Assembly (NCBI GenBank): GCA_016713135.1
Contig: JADJPR010000006.1
Coordinates: 82,169 to 146,168, forward strand
DNA: 64,000 nucleotides
Reading direction: 5' to 3'
Origin: Rhodanobacteraceae bacterium
GTDB lineage: Bacteria > Pseudomonadota > Gammaproteobacteria > Xanthomonadales > SZUA-5
Shown here: positions 44,127 to 54,700 of the stretch, piece after piece
How the letters are laid out: each line of letters opens with the position of its first letter
Numbering within the stretch: the stretch's first letter is position 1
Notes under the pieces: generated by a model
What the model saw: the letters and a program-made list of their open reading frames with translations, nothing else
Databases searched by the model: none
Told to the model about the DNA's origin: nothing
Program-made: the position numbers and the translations under genes

Positions 44127-44427
44127 ATGAAGGCTAAACTGGTTGGTATCGACCTGGCAAAGAGTGTTTTCCAGGTTTGCGTGATTGCGCTGAGCGGCAG
44201 CGTGTTGTTCAACAAGAAGTTCACGCGGGCCAAGTTTCTTGAGTGGCTCAAGGATCTGGAGCCCACGACGGTCGCGATGGAAGCGTGCGCAACGGGTCAC
44301 TTCTGGGTCGCAAGTTGCTGGCGGCCGGGCACATGGTGCGCTTGATTCCGGCGCAGCACGTCAAGGCATTCTGCCGGGTTCACAAGAACGACAGCGGCGA
44401 TGCGTTGGCGATCACCGAGGCGGTACA
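44127..44427 (+). pseudogene. IS110-family transposase, N-terminal part, with a 1-nt frameshift at ~44304-44309 in a G run
   Basis: Frame 1 gives ..ACATGHFW. Frame 2 gives GRKLLAAGHMVRLIPAQHVKAFCRVHKNDSGDALAITEAV. The join needs one extra G in tggg. Confidence 0.8.
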
Positions 44428-46268
44428 CCCGAGTTCGACACTTATCCGACTTAAGTAATTGATTCGTAGCGCATCCGGTATCCCCGGTTGCCACTACGAT
44501 GGCCCGGTCAGCTCGTTTGGGGGCTTGGTGTCGGGCAACGGCAGGTCCAGCTGCTGGAAGATCGAACGGGTTTCCTCGCTGGTCGCGGTCAGTCCGCTCA
44601 CGGTCTTTCCCTCGGTGGTGAACCGGTGCAGTTGGATGGCCTTGAGCTTGCGCAGCGCGGCTGCCGGGCTGGACTCAGTCAGTTTCGGACGCATGACCCG
44701 GTGCAACAGCAGCGCCAGAAAGCAGATCAACGCGTGCGCCCGGATGCGCTCGGGCAGCCGGTGATAGACCGGCGCCAGCGCGATGTCCTGCTTGAGCACG
44801 GAAGCCGCGTCGATGTCCGCCAGGCGCTTGTAGCGTTCCACCACCTCGACGGCTTCAGGTCACGCACGTTGTCAACAGGATCAGCTTGCCGTCGAAGGCC
44901 TCCTGGCGTGCCAGCGCGGCGTCGTCAGGTGCCGCTGGCGTCGGCGCGCAAGTCGGCTGAGGATCTTCGACGATGCGCCCCTCACGCCGTGATGAGCGCA
45001 GGTAGGCGGTCGCTGGCGCGGCGCGCGCTTTCTTGCCCTCGTCCTGACGCGTGAGCTTGTCCACGTCCGCCTGTGCGCGCGCTTCGATCGCTGCGATCCG
45101 GGCGCGGCGCTGCGCGGTCTGCTCGGCTGCCACGAGAGGGTCGTGCGCCACCACCATGCGATAGCCACCCGCCTCGGTTTCCAGCACCTTGGGTACGGTC
45201 GCATCGGCGCACGTTCGCGCCAGTTCCACGACCGGATCCATGAAGTCGCCGTAACGGCGCGCCGGCACCGCGATGATCCAGGACAGCTCGACACCCCCTC
45301 GGCAACTAGCGCCTCCAGGGCCGCGATCTGATCCAGACTCAGCATGCCGCGATCGGCCACCAGCACCACGCGCTTGACCGCGTAGCGCGCCAGACTGCGC
45401 TGGATCATCGGCAACAAGGTGCTCACCTCGCCGACATCGCCGGGAAACACCTCGAAATCCAGTGGCATCCGCAACCGCTCTACAGCCCCAGCGCGAACTG
45501 ACGCGCGATGCCGCCGGTGCCTTGTTTATGCCAAAGGACGCACATGTCCGCCAGTCTCGTCTCGCCGTGGCTGCGCACATTGGTCAGGTCGTAGAACACC
45601 AGGTTCAGGTCCTGATCCAGCAGCGGTCGCACCAGCCCGGCCAGCCGCGACAGGATCGTGCCCGCATGGGCGTCCAGCACATCCATGGTCCGCAACAGGC
45701 GCTGGTGGGTCACTTCATCCGGGACCACGCCAGGGACGATGACTTCCTCCAGCCAACGCAACACGCCGAGCTTGAATCCGCGTCGCACAGGCGATTGATC
45801 ACCATCAGCCGCGTCAGCGTCGACATCGACGGCGTCCGGCGGTCAGCCGCGCAGGGGCGAAGCCCAGATCCAGCGCCGACAGCAGCAGGTGCCACTTCCA
45901 GGATCGCTGGAAGGTTCGCGCGGCCCGCGACCGGTCGCGGGCTCAGGCTGGCGATCAGGCGATCGAGCTTGTCCTGTGAACCTCGACCCGGCCGAGGTTG
46001 GCGACATGCCGGTGGCGAGCAACGCCATCGCCATCCCGGAAGGCCTCGACGAGCTGGATGTACTGCCTCGGGCCGGACTTAGTGATCTTCGCGAACATGC
46101 CGCCACGGTATCACGCCAATACAGCGTATTCCATAATGTTCAAGCTGAACGCGTGCCACTACACGATAGTTGCGGAATCGGCGTCCTCAGACAGCGCAAG
46201 CCATTGATCCTGCGAGACCACCCAGGCAGCGCCGGACTGCGAAACGCGCGAAAGGTGTCGAACCGGGG
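44428..46268 (-). mobile_element. IS1634/IS4-family element nested in the IS110 transposase gene, flanked by 6-bp direct repeats GGTACA
   Basis: The ends are cccgagttcgacac (44428-) and the reverse complement of 46255-46268, ccccggttcgacac. GGTACA occurs at 44422-44427 and 46269-46274. Removing 44428-46274 restores ..AITEAV|QRPKMHFVPVK. Confidence 0.8.
44494..46098 (-). pseudogene. IS1634/IS4-family DDE transposase, broken into >=5 frames
   Basis: Pieces found: MFAKITKSGPRQYIQLVEAFRDGDG.. (ATG 46098); ..LNLVFYDLTNV..; ..PLDFEVFPGDVGEVSTLLPMIQRSLARYAVKRVVLVADRGMLS..; and ..YKRLADIDAASVLKQDIALAPVYHRLPERIRAHALICFLALLL. Confidence 0.75.
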
Positions 46269-46274
46269 GGTACA

Positions 46275-46932
46275 GCGCCCGAAGATGCACTTCGTTCCGG
46301 TCAAGACTCTCGGCCAGCAGGATCTGCAGTTGCTCGGCCGTGTGCGCAGCAAGCTTGTATCGCAACGCACCGAACTGATCAGTCAGGTGCGTGGTTTGGC
46401 CAGCGAGTATGGAGTCACCTTCCCGACCAGTCGCGCCGCATTGATGGCAGGCTTGCCGCTGGCGCTGGAGGATGCCGACAACGGGCTGACCCAGTTGGCG
46501 CGGTTCGCCTTGCTCAACGTACTGGAAGATATCCGCGCGCTCGATTCGCGTCTGGCAGCGCTGACCTTGCAGACCGCTGCGCTCGCCAAGCAGGAGCCGG
46601 CGTACGCACGGTTGCTGACCGTGCCCGGCTTCGGGCCGGTGGTCGCGCCGACGTTCATCGCTGCGGTCGGCGACGGCAAGCAATTCGAGCACGGGCGGGA
46701 TGTGTCCGCCTGGCTGGGCATGGTCCCCAAGCAACACGGCACTGGCGGCAAAGTGCAGTTGATGCGCATCTCCAAAAATGGCGATCGCGATCTACGCACG
46801 CTGCTCATCCATGGCGCCAGAGCCGTATTGCGCTGGGTAGACCGCCGCGACGATGCCATGAGCCGTTGGCTGGTGAGCTTGAGAGCTCGGCGTGGCGAAG
46901 CGCGCACCATCGTCGCTCTCGCCAACAAACTG
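46275..46932 (+). pseudogene. IS110-family transposase, C-terminal part, lacking its last ~20-30 codons
   Basis: This is part of track ORF 45889..47157. Homology ends at ..VALANKL, and downstream codons derive from the antisense of another gene fragment. Confidence 0.75.
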
Positions 46933-47087
46933 GCGACACGCAGTGAAAGGTGCCGGCGGAACCGGGCGGAATCAGCAGCGAGCGGGCGTAGGTCATGCTG
47001 CCAGCATCGTCGCGACCAAGCGCCGATTGGATCGGGAATCAGTCGCAGGACGTGTCAGAAAAATCTGATTTTTGGCTGTCCTTTGCT
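46933..47087 (-). repeat. Copy A of a ~155-bp unit: 5' flank plus the first ~21 codons of a Y1 transposase-like paralogue
   Basis: The minus strand reads ..gatgctggcagcATGACCTACGCCCGCTCGCTGCTGATTCCGCCCGGTTCCGCCGGCACCTTTCACTGCGTGTCGC, encoding MTYARSLLIPPGSAGTFHCVS. Compare MTQARSLLVPANAHGVYHCVS in the intact gene. Confidence 0.8.
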
Positions 47088-47140
47088 CTCGTGCTCTCGT
47101 GCTTTCGCGGTGGGAAGTTTTAGGGCACGCCGCACGCAGC

Positions 47141-47345
47141 GCGACACGCAGTGGTAGGTGCCGGCCGAACCGGGCGGAATCAGCAGCGAGCGGGCGCAAG
47201 TCATGCTGCCAGCATCGTCGCGACCAGGCGCCGATTGGATCGGGAATCAGCCGCCCGAATCGTCGGAAAACTCTGATTCTTGGCTGTCCTTTGCTTTGTG
47301 CGGTTTGCAGTTGACGGAGGCGTCCATACGTGTCCCCGCTTTTTG
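47141..47345 (-). repeat. Copy B of the same unit (first ~27 codons plus a ~135-bp 5' flank including the AAGCGGGGACACGYATGG motif)
   Basis: It encodes MTCARSLLIPPGSAGTYHCVSRCVRRA. Positions 47141-47295 are about 90 % identical to copy A (offset 208 bp). The flank aagcggggacacgtatgg matches aagcggggacacgcatgg upstream of the intact gene. Confidence 0.8.
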
Positions 47346-47378
47346 GTTTTTGGTGGCGCCGCCCAACTAATACCGTAG

Positions 47379-47852
47379 TTATTCCGAAATTACGCTGAAA
47401 ACTTCTCTCCACAACTCTGGACGGCCGATTCGCTCGAGTCCGAGCTGGATAGCATTCTTGCAAGTCTCGTACTCTAACTCGTCGCTTAATTGATCGACAC
47501 GCAATGGCGTGACCGAGTTATCCGGCAATCCATCCTCATTCAATGGAACATACAACTCGTCTCGATCAGTAAATTCGGAAATTTTCTGGCCCGCCTCGTA
47601 ACATGCTGACGATCGGTACCCAATCCTGGAATCGTAACGAATTAGCAGTGCAAATTCTACATCATGAGAAAGCCGAGCTGATAAACTATCGACTTCGGCA
47701 GTGAATTGATTCTCATCGCGATTGGAGCGATGTAGAATTAACACCTCCAAAGAAATCTCTACCACTTGCATCGATATGTTGATCTCAGCCTGAATCTTCG
47801 CCGCACTAGTTCTTGGCTTAGATAATAGAATCCCCTCAAAAACTACACTCAT
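47379..47852 (-). CDS. Candidate immunity protein for the RHS C-terminal toxin (157 aa, no family recognised)
   Basis: The gene lies in low-GC DNA (~45 %). Its start overlaps the stop of the upstream ORF by ATGA. It sits immediately downstream of a polymorphic-toxin tip, and the product is acidic. Confidence 0.6.
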   Translation of the reverse strand: MSVVFEGILLSKPRTSAAKIQAEINISMQVVEISLEVLILHRSNRDENQFTAEVDSLSARLSHDVEFALLIRYDSRIGYRSSACYEAGQKISEFTDRDELYVPLNEDGLPDNSVTPLRVDQLSDELEYETCKNAIQLGLERIGRPELWREVFSVISE

Positions 47853-48118
47853 TTTAGCTCCGTATAATCCACCGGAATTCCTCCGGTCTCTGCCTCAATT
47901 CTTTTTCTCAACCGCGGACCGACTGCTGCTTTTCCCGTTTGAACTTCAATACGAAGACTGGGTGATACCGTCCCATCCTTCAGATAGTTATCCAATATTG
48001 ATCGGATTCTATCTTTTTCATCGCGGGGAATTGAACGATTAGAACCCAGACTATCACGGATTTCAGAAATATTGTTCCGGAGATTTGACGTAATCGCCGT
48101 GAAATCGTCGTACTGCAA
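47849..48118 (-). CDS. 89-codon ORF overlapping the RHS 3' end by 139 nt. It is probably the true, frameshifted end of the toxin domain rather than a separate gene.
   Basis: It has only a TTG start and no SD. The protein-like sequence LQYDDFTAITSNLRNNISEIRDSLGSNRSIPRDEKDRIRSILDNYLKDG.. contrasts with the implausible tail of the long ORF (..FLKSVIVWVLIVQFPAMKKIESDQYWITI). Confidence 0.45.
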   Translation of the reverse strand: MQYDDFTAITSNLRNNISEIRDSLGSNRSIPRDEKDRIRSILDNYLKDGTVSPSLRIEVQTGKAAVGPRLRKRIEAETGGIPVDYTELK

Positions 48119-48765
48119 CCGGTTTGCGAATTTGGCTTCGCGCGGAGAATAGTACTGCCGTCACGTTCCAGGAGCGCTATGTCGATTCCACCCCTGCGCT
48201 GAGCTCTGAAAATAGGCATCTGGCCGACACGTCGCGACGCGCTGTCGGAAACATTCTCGCAAACGGTGCCCTTGATGTTATTGGCGACGCCCACACTGGG
48301 CTTTGAACTACTCTGAAGCACATTCGGGGGTGCGACCGGAACATCATCGGCCAACTTCGTTCCCAACCCGACTTCGAGTTCAGTAGTTATGCTAGTGAGT
48401 GCCTTCCCGGCTGCCTTTGTACCCTGCACCACGGGACTTAGCGGCGTTGGCGGCAACTCGGCACCAGTGGCGACCGCAACAGCAGTACCGGCCGTCTCCG
48501 CCAGCAGTATTTGTTCCGGCATCGTTGCAGTGGCTGCATAGCGCCAACCACCCGCGCGGAAAGCCTGGACGATCCGAGTCCCTGCACCGAGCAAAGTTCG
48601 CCCGATCAATCCACCAGCCAACAGCGTCGCGCCTTGTAGCTGCATCTTGGCTGTTTCGACTTGCAGGTCCCCCACTTGCTGGAGCCCCTCGCGCGTGCTC
48701 AAGTCCGCCCCAATGGATTCGGCCATGGCGTCAAAGCAATCGCGGTCGGTCATCGGCGTTGGGCA
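47980..48765 (-). other. C-terminal variable toxin region (CT) following the DPDGR core boundary
   Basis: There are 261 codons after ..IDPDGR. GC falls progressively from ~48.6 kb, and no known toxin family was recognised by eye. Confidence 0.7.
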
Positions 48766-51700
48766 ACGCCCATCCGGATCAATAAGCGCCCCCGGATTAC
48801 CCAAAAATGCGAGATAGGAGTTGAGCGTCAGCGGCCGCTCGTTATCCCCCGCCCACTCATCCCGACTAGTGAACCGCCCCACCCCCGCCCGGTACTGCCG
48901 CGCCTGCGCATACAGCTCATCGCTTAACAGCGGATCCTTCAGATACCCCGTATGCCCCAGCCTGCTCTGCAGCCCAGTGCTCGCCTTCTCCACACCCCAG
49001 ACATCGGTCCGCGTCCACCCGGCAATGGCGGCGGTCCCGTCGGTGATCAGCTGCGGGGTGCCGTGCACATCGGTGTGCAGGGTGCTTCTGATCGATCCCT
49101 CGCGGGAGCTGATTGCCCACCCGTATGCGTGCTGGTAATCGGCCAGGCTGGTCCCGAGTGCGTTGGTGATGCCTGCCAGCCGGGTGCCGTCGAACTGGTA
49201 CAGCTCGGTGCTGCCCGCCGCCTCGCGCAGCGTGCGTTGCCCGAACGCGTCCACTTCGTAGCGGACGATCGGGTTCCCGCCCTCGCTGACTTCGAGCAGC
49301 CGGTCTTGGGTGTCGTACTGGTAGGTGCGGGTGATGCCGGCGGCGGTGTGGCTGGTTTGGCGGCCGGCGGCGTCGTGGCCGTAGCTGGCGACGACCTGAC
49401 CGTCTTCCCGGGTTTCCGTCAGGCGGTCGCGCTCATCGTAGTGATGCGTACGCAGCAAATTGCCGGGTAGCGACTCGGCGGTGCGATTGCCGACTTCATC
49501 CAGGGTGTACTCGACGCGCTGGCCGTCGGTGGTCACCGCCTTCAGGCGTTCGGCCAGGTCGAGTTCGTAGGCGATCTCGATGCGTTCGCTGCCGCGTTCC
49601 CAGCTTTCGGCGACGCGGTGGCCGTTGGCGTCCAGGGTGTAGCCGAGCGTCAGCAGAGCCGCGGCGCCGAGGGCGTGGCGTAGCTGGCTGACGCGTCCGG
49701 CGGCGTCGCGGCTGACTTCGGTGCGGGTGCCGTTGGCGTGGTCCAGCGCACTCAAGCGGCCAGCGCGGCTGACGGTCGCGGTGGTCGCCGTCGCTGCCGG
49801 CGGCGTGATGCCCTGCAACTGGTCCAGTGCGTTGTAGGTGTAGGACGTGCTGCCCTCGGGACCGGTGCGTTCGATGCGGTTGTCGCTGGCGTCGAAGCGC
49901 TGGTGCACGCTCAGGCCATTGCGATCAGTCCAGTCGGTGCGCCGGTTGAAGGCGTCGTAGCTGGCGGTCCACAAGCGCGGCGCGCCGGCACCGGCGTATT
50001 CCTCGACTCGCGTCAGATTCCCGTTGCCGTCGTAAAGCCGGACCACGCGATCGATGCCATCCGCGGCGGCGGGCAATCGGCGGGTTTCGACCAGGCGATT
50101 CAGCGCGTCGTACTCCATTTCCAGACGCTGGTCGTTCTCGCGCACCCACACCTCCCGATTGCCCTCGGCGTCGGGCGTGAACAGCTCTTCTGCGCCGCCC
50201 GGGTGCTCGGTGCGCGTCAAGCGATTCGAGGCGTCGTATGTGTGCCCGGTCACCTGTTCCCGCGCGTTGGTCATGCTGGTCAGATTGTCGGCCGGATCGT
50301 ACCCGTAGACCGTCTCGTTCTGAAGCGGATCGGTGACCTTCTCCAGCCGGCCCGCGGCATCGTAGTCGAACTTCCAACGGTGGTTTTCGGAGGCCGGCTT
50401 GACGATCGCCGTGCGCAAGCCGCGGCCGTCGTATTCAAAGTGGGTGACCTCAGCGAGCGCGTTGGACTCGGTAATCCTGCGCAGCCGCAGGTCGTAGGTG
50501 TAGGTGGTCGTGACACCGTCCGCATCGGTGCTGCTGAGCAACTGGTCGGCTGTTCCGTAGTTGTAGCGTACCGTGGCGCCCAGCGGACGCCGCTCTTCCT
50601 GCAGGCGCCCGGCGGTGTCGTAGACGAAGGTGGTGATGCGCCCCTGGCCATCGGTGTGGGACGCCCGCCGGCCGGCCGCATCGTAACTCTGCAATTCATC
50701 GCGACCTGCGCGCGAACGCTGCAACTCGCGGCCTTCGCCATCCAGCGTCAACACGGTCTCGATGCCCTTGCGGTCCGTCTCGCCGATGACCCGGTCCAGC
50801 GCGTCGTAACGCCAGGATTGGTGCGTGGTCAGGGGTGCAGGGTCATCCTGGCGGGTGCGCCGGTTGAGAGCATCGTAATGGAACACGGTCGCACGCTGCA
50901 GGCGATCGGTGTGGCGGATCTGGTTGCCAAGGTCGTCCCAGGCCCAGGACTGGGTGCCGGCCGGATCGATCGTCGAGATGCGCCGTCCCAGCGCATCGTA
51001 GTCGTGCGTGGTCGTGAATCCGCGCGGATTCCTCTCGCTGGCCAGTTCGTCGTGCAGCGTCCACGTGCGTATCCACTCACGCGCAAGCGGCCGGGTCTCG
51101 CGGATCTGGCGCCCGAGGTCGTCATGGTCGTAGGTGGTTTCTGCGCCCAGCGCATCACGCCGGGCGACGACGCGGCCCTCCTCGTCGTAGTCGAGTTCCT
51201 CGATCGACCCAAGTGCATCCGTACTCCTCTTGCGGCGGTTGAGGTCATCGTAGACGTGTGCGATCGGCGACTGGCTGGGACGGGTCTCGGTCAGCACATT
51301 GCCCACCGCGTCGTAGGTCACGCTGCGCACGCGACCGTCGCCTGGGCGGGTTTCGGAGACGACGCGACCGCGAGCATCGTAGGTGTAGCTGGTTGTGCGG
51401 CCGCTGGGATCCGTCAGGCTGAGCAGCTGCCCGGCGGCATCGTAAGTTCTGGTGCGCTGGCCGCCGGCGCGGTCAGTGGCGCTGGTCTCGCGCCCGCGCG
51501 TGTCGTACGCCCAGGTGCGCGTCAGCGCAGAGACGCCGGGATACTGCAGCAACTCGCTCGTCAGCCGGCCCATGCCATCGTAATTGCGCTGGGTGACGCG
51601 CCCCAGCGGCTCGCTCCTCTCGGTTTCGCGACCGAATCCGTCGTAATCGATCTCGGTCTGTCGCCCCAGCGGATCGGTCAGGAGAGTCAGCCGTCCTTCG

Positions 51701-54700
51701 CCGTCGCGTGCTTCCAGGGTGGTCAATTCACGGCTGTCGAGCAGGCGGGCAGTCTGCGTGCGGAAGTAGCGCGGGTGATCGTACTGATGCCGCGTGGTCC
51801 GAACCCCGGGACCAACGGCGACCCGCTCCTCGGTCAGGTTGCCCGCGCGGTCGTAGTCCCGCTCGGTGACCCGCCCGAGGGGCTCTGTCGTTCGTGTACG
51901 GCGGTCGAGCAGATCGTACTCGTGGGTAGTCTCGGTGCCATCGAATTTGCGTTCGCGCGTGAGATTCCCGTTTCCGTCGTAGTCCATTTCCCGGAAATCG
52001 CCAAGGGCATTGGTGACCTTGATCGCCCGGCCGAGCGCATCCAGTTGATGCACGGTGACACGGCCAAGTTCGTCGATTTCGCGGCGAACATCCTCGGCAT
52101 CCAGATAGCGGACTTCGCGCTGCGAGCCGTCTGCAAACGTGGTGACCGTCAATCGATCCAGCCCGTCATGGGTATAGGTCTCCACACGACCGACTTCGTC
52201 GGTACGCGACAGCGGGCGGCCACGCGCGTCAAAGGCCTGCCGCGAAACAGCGCTGTCCGCATGGACCGTACGCACGAGCAGTCCCATCGAGTCGTAGGTA
52301 TAGCTGGTCTGTGCATCCTCGAAATCCGTCCAGGATGCGACATCGCCGTTGGCGCCATAGGTCCAGGACTCGGTTTCACCGGACCGGGTTCGCGACACCC
52401 GGTTTCCGCGCTGATCGTACTGATAGATCTCGCCGACGCCGGCGAAGTCCGTGTGGCTCGCAGGGCGATTCAGGATTCGGAGGTCGAAGTTCTCGGGCGC
52501 CTTCCAGGTGTATCGCTGCTCGACCGGCGAACCACGGCCGCTGCGACGCTCCCGCAGCACATTGCCGAACTCGTCGTACTCAAAATCGGTGACGACCGCT
52601 TCACGGTCCACCTGGCGACTCGGCTGCCGATGTTCCAGATTCCATTCCGTTTGCGACGTCCCGATCGGATCGACCACGCGATCGACGCCACCGAAACCAT
52701 TCATCCGGTAATTGGTGTCGATGCTCCGCGGACTTGTGACGACGGTATTGACCGCCTGACCCAGACCCCGCAGGCCCTGGAACTCGAAGCGCGTGGCCTG
52801 CCCCAGTGCATTCGCGTGGCGGACGACGCGCAGTTCCGGAAGCACATCGATATTGCCGCCCCCGCGTGGCGAATGCACCCATTGAAGCTCGTAGGTGAAT
52901 GATTGCCGGGTGCGTGACGCAACCTCGTCGCGCACATTCAACATGCGCGAGCCCAGGCGATGCCAGGACTCGTCGGTACCTTCAACAAACCCGAAATCCT
53001 GGTAGGTGTAGGTCTCATCGAACGGCGCGTCCGTGCGATGCACCCGAGTCAGTTGTGCATTGCCGTCATAGGCGAAAAGCAGCTCGAAGCCGCCCGGCGC
53101 ACGGGCGCGCATCAGCAAGGGATAGATGCCCGGCTCTTCGTAGTCGCCGCCCGTGGGACGTAACTCGTATTCCAGCTCCAGGTTACGCCCGCCACTGCCC
53201 GACAGGGCACTGGTGACCGGGATGCCGCCGAGCCATCGATAGCTACGGGTGACCCGGTTCCCATTGGGATCCTCGGTGAAGGCAACCGGCACTATCCGGT
53301 AATTGCTCGCGGGATTCAGGTAGCCATTGCCGCGAGCGAAGTGGTAGCGCGTACCGTCCTTGGCGTAAACGTCATAACTCCCGTCCGGACGCTGGTAGAG
53401 ACTGCCGTGATATCCGTGCAGCGCGCGATAGCGCAGGCTGCCATCCGGTTCCGTACCGGCGGCCTCGAATTCAGTGCCCGCTCCCTGAGCGCCGACCAAC
53501 TGGGGTCTGCACGCATTCAGATGCAGCTCGACGTTGAGATTGGAACTCCATCCTCGTCCGAGACTCCCGATTCGCGCACCCTGCTGACTGCTCCAGGTAC
53601 GTTGCAGCGCGAGCTCCGGGCCGCGTCCCGGCAGCTGCAGGTCCTGACGGGAAACGGTGACCTGACCGTCGAACAGATCGACATCGGCTATTACGGTATG
53701 CCCAAGGCCCAGATGGTCCCGCCGATCCACCTGGTGAGTCAGTGTCGTGCGCAGCTCTTCCTGAACTCCCGACTCTGTGGTCGCGCGGACACGCACTTCG
53801 AACCGACCGATCGGAAGATTGTCTGCAAGAACCTCCTTGCGCCCGAGGCCCGCGTCGAACCACTCATCGTTGATCAATGTCCCGCTGAGGAGTGGGGAAA
53901 CGTTGCCGTGCTCGTCTTTCCGATAAAAGTCGGCGCGAACCCTGGCGCGGCGTGCGAGCAGGAAAACCAACTCCCCACTGCGATTGCAGTAATCATTGGC
54001 CGAGACATTGATCGCACGGAGCATGTGCGCATTTTCAGTCCCCCGAAGTGCCAGCGCCGTGGCCTCCCCGTTCGTGACCGCGCCATTCTGTCCGGAATGC
54101 AAGCCGACGCCGACGATAACGTCGTCCGAAGCCGTCAACGGAAACCGATCCGACTCAATCCGATACGGCGTGCCCTCGTTGATGCTGAATTTGATTGCGT
54201 AGTTTTCAGCGGGATCGTAGGTCCAGCCGCGGCTGTACATTAATGTGCCGGTATCCAATATTGGGGGGCCGATCCCACGTTGAATGATCTCCCCTGACTT
54301 CTCAAACTCAACCACAGTATCGCCGCCGAGATATTCTGGCGGAGCAACTAGCAGCCGGATGGATAGATCGTCAGCTACAGTTCCGGCAGCGGAGAGAGCA
54401 AACGGAAGTGGGTCCACCTCAGCAATCCGCGGCAGAACAGACCAGACTGCTGGAAAGCTAAAGTCCAATCGCACAACGAAATTGCCCGGTGTCTGCATGC
54501 GCCCGCCCACCTCGACCTTTCCTGGGCCGGGTGGCATCCTGACGTTGTATTCAAACAAGCCGCCACCCAACCACGTCGCTGGCGACGCAATTGCTCCCGA
54601 ACTAGTCGTCATTATCACGTCCGGGGTAACGGAGGGATAATTCCCGGGATAGAATGGACCAGGCAGTCGTGATACCCAGGTGACCAGCAGGTCGTTTTGC

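Larger units (their letters stand above)
44040..46932 (+). mobile_element. IS110-family element, split by a nested IS and 3'-truncated. The left boundary is uncertain.
   Basis: The transposase N-terminus is MKAKLVGIDLAKSVFQVCV...AMEACATGHFW. After the nested element it resumes ..QRPKMHFVPVKTLGQQDLQLLGRVRSKLVSQRTELISQVRGL...TIVALANKL. Coding stops abruptly at 46932, where an inverted fragment of the Y1 gene begins. Confidence 0.7.

Noticed and set aside
39606-47378. Prophage or integrative element with an integrase
   Set aside because: Only IS-type transposases (IS66, IS110-like, IS1634-like, HUH/Y1-like) are present. I recognised no tyrosine or serine integrase, phage structural genes or tRNA attachment site.
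49738-52902. 1,054-aa plus-strand ORF (and 56185-58629, 814 aa) inside the RHS gene
   Set aside because: They are antisense to unmistakable YD repeats, and the products are Arg/Ala/Gly-rich with no motifs.
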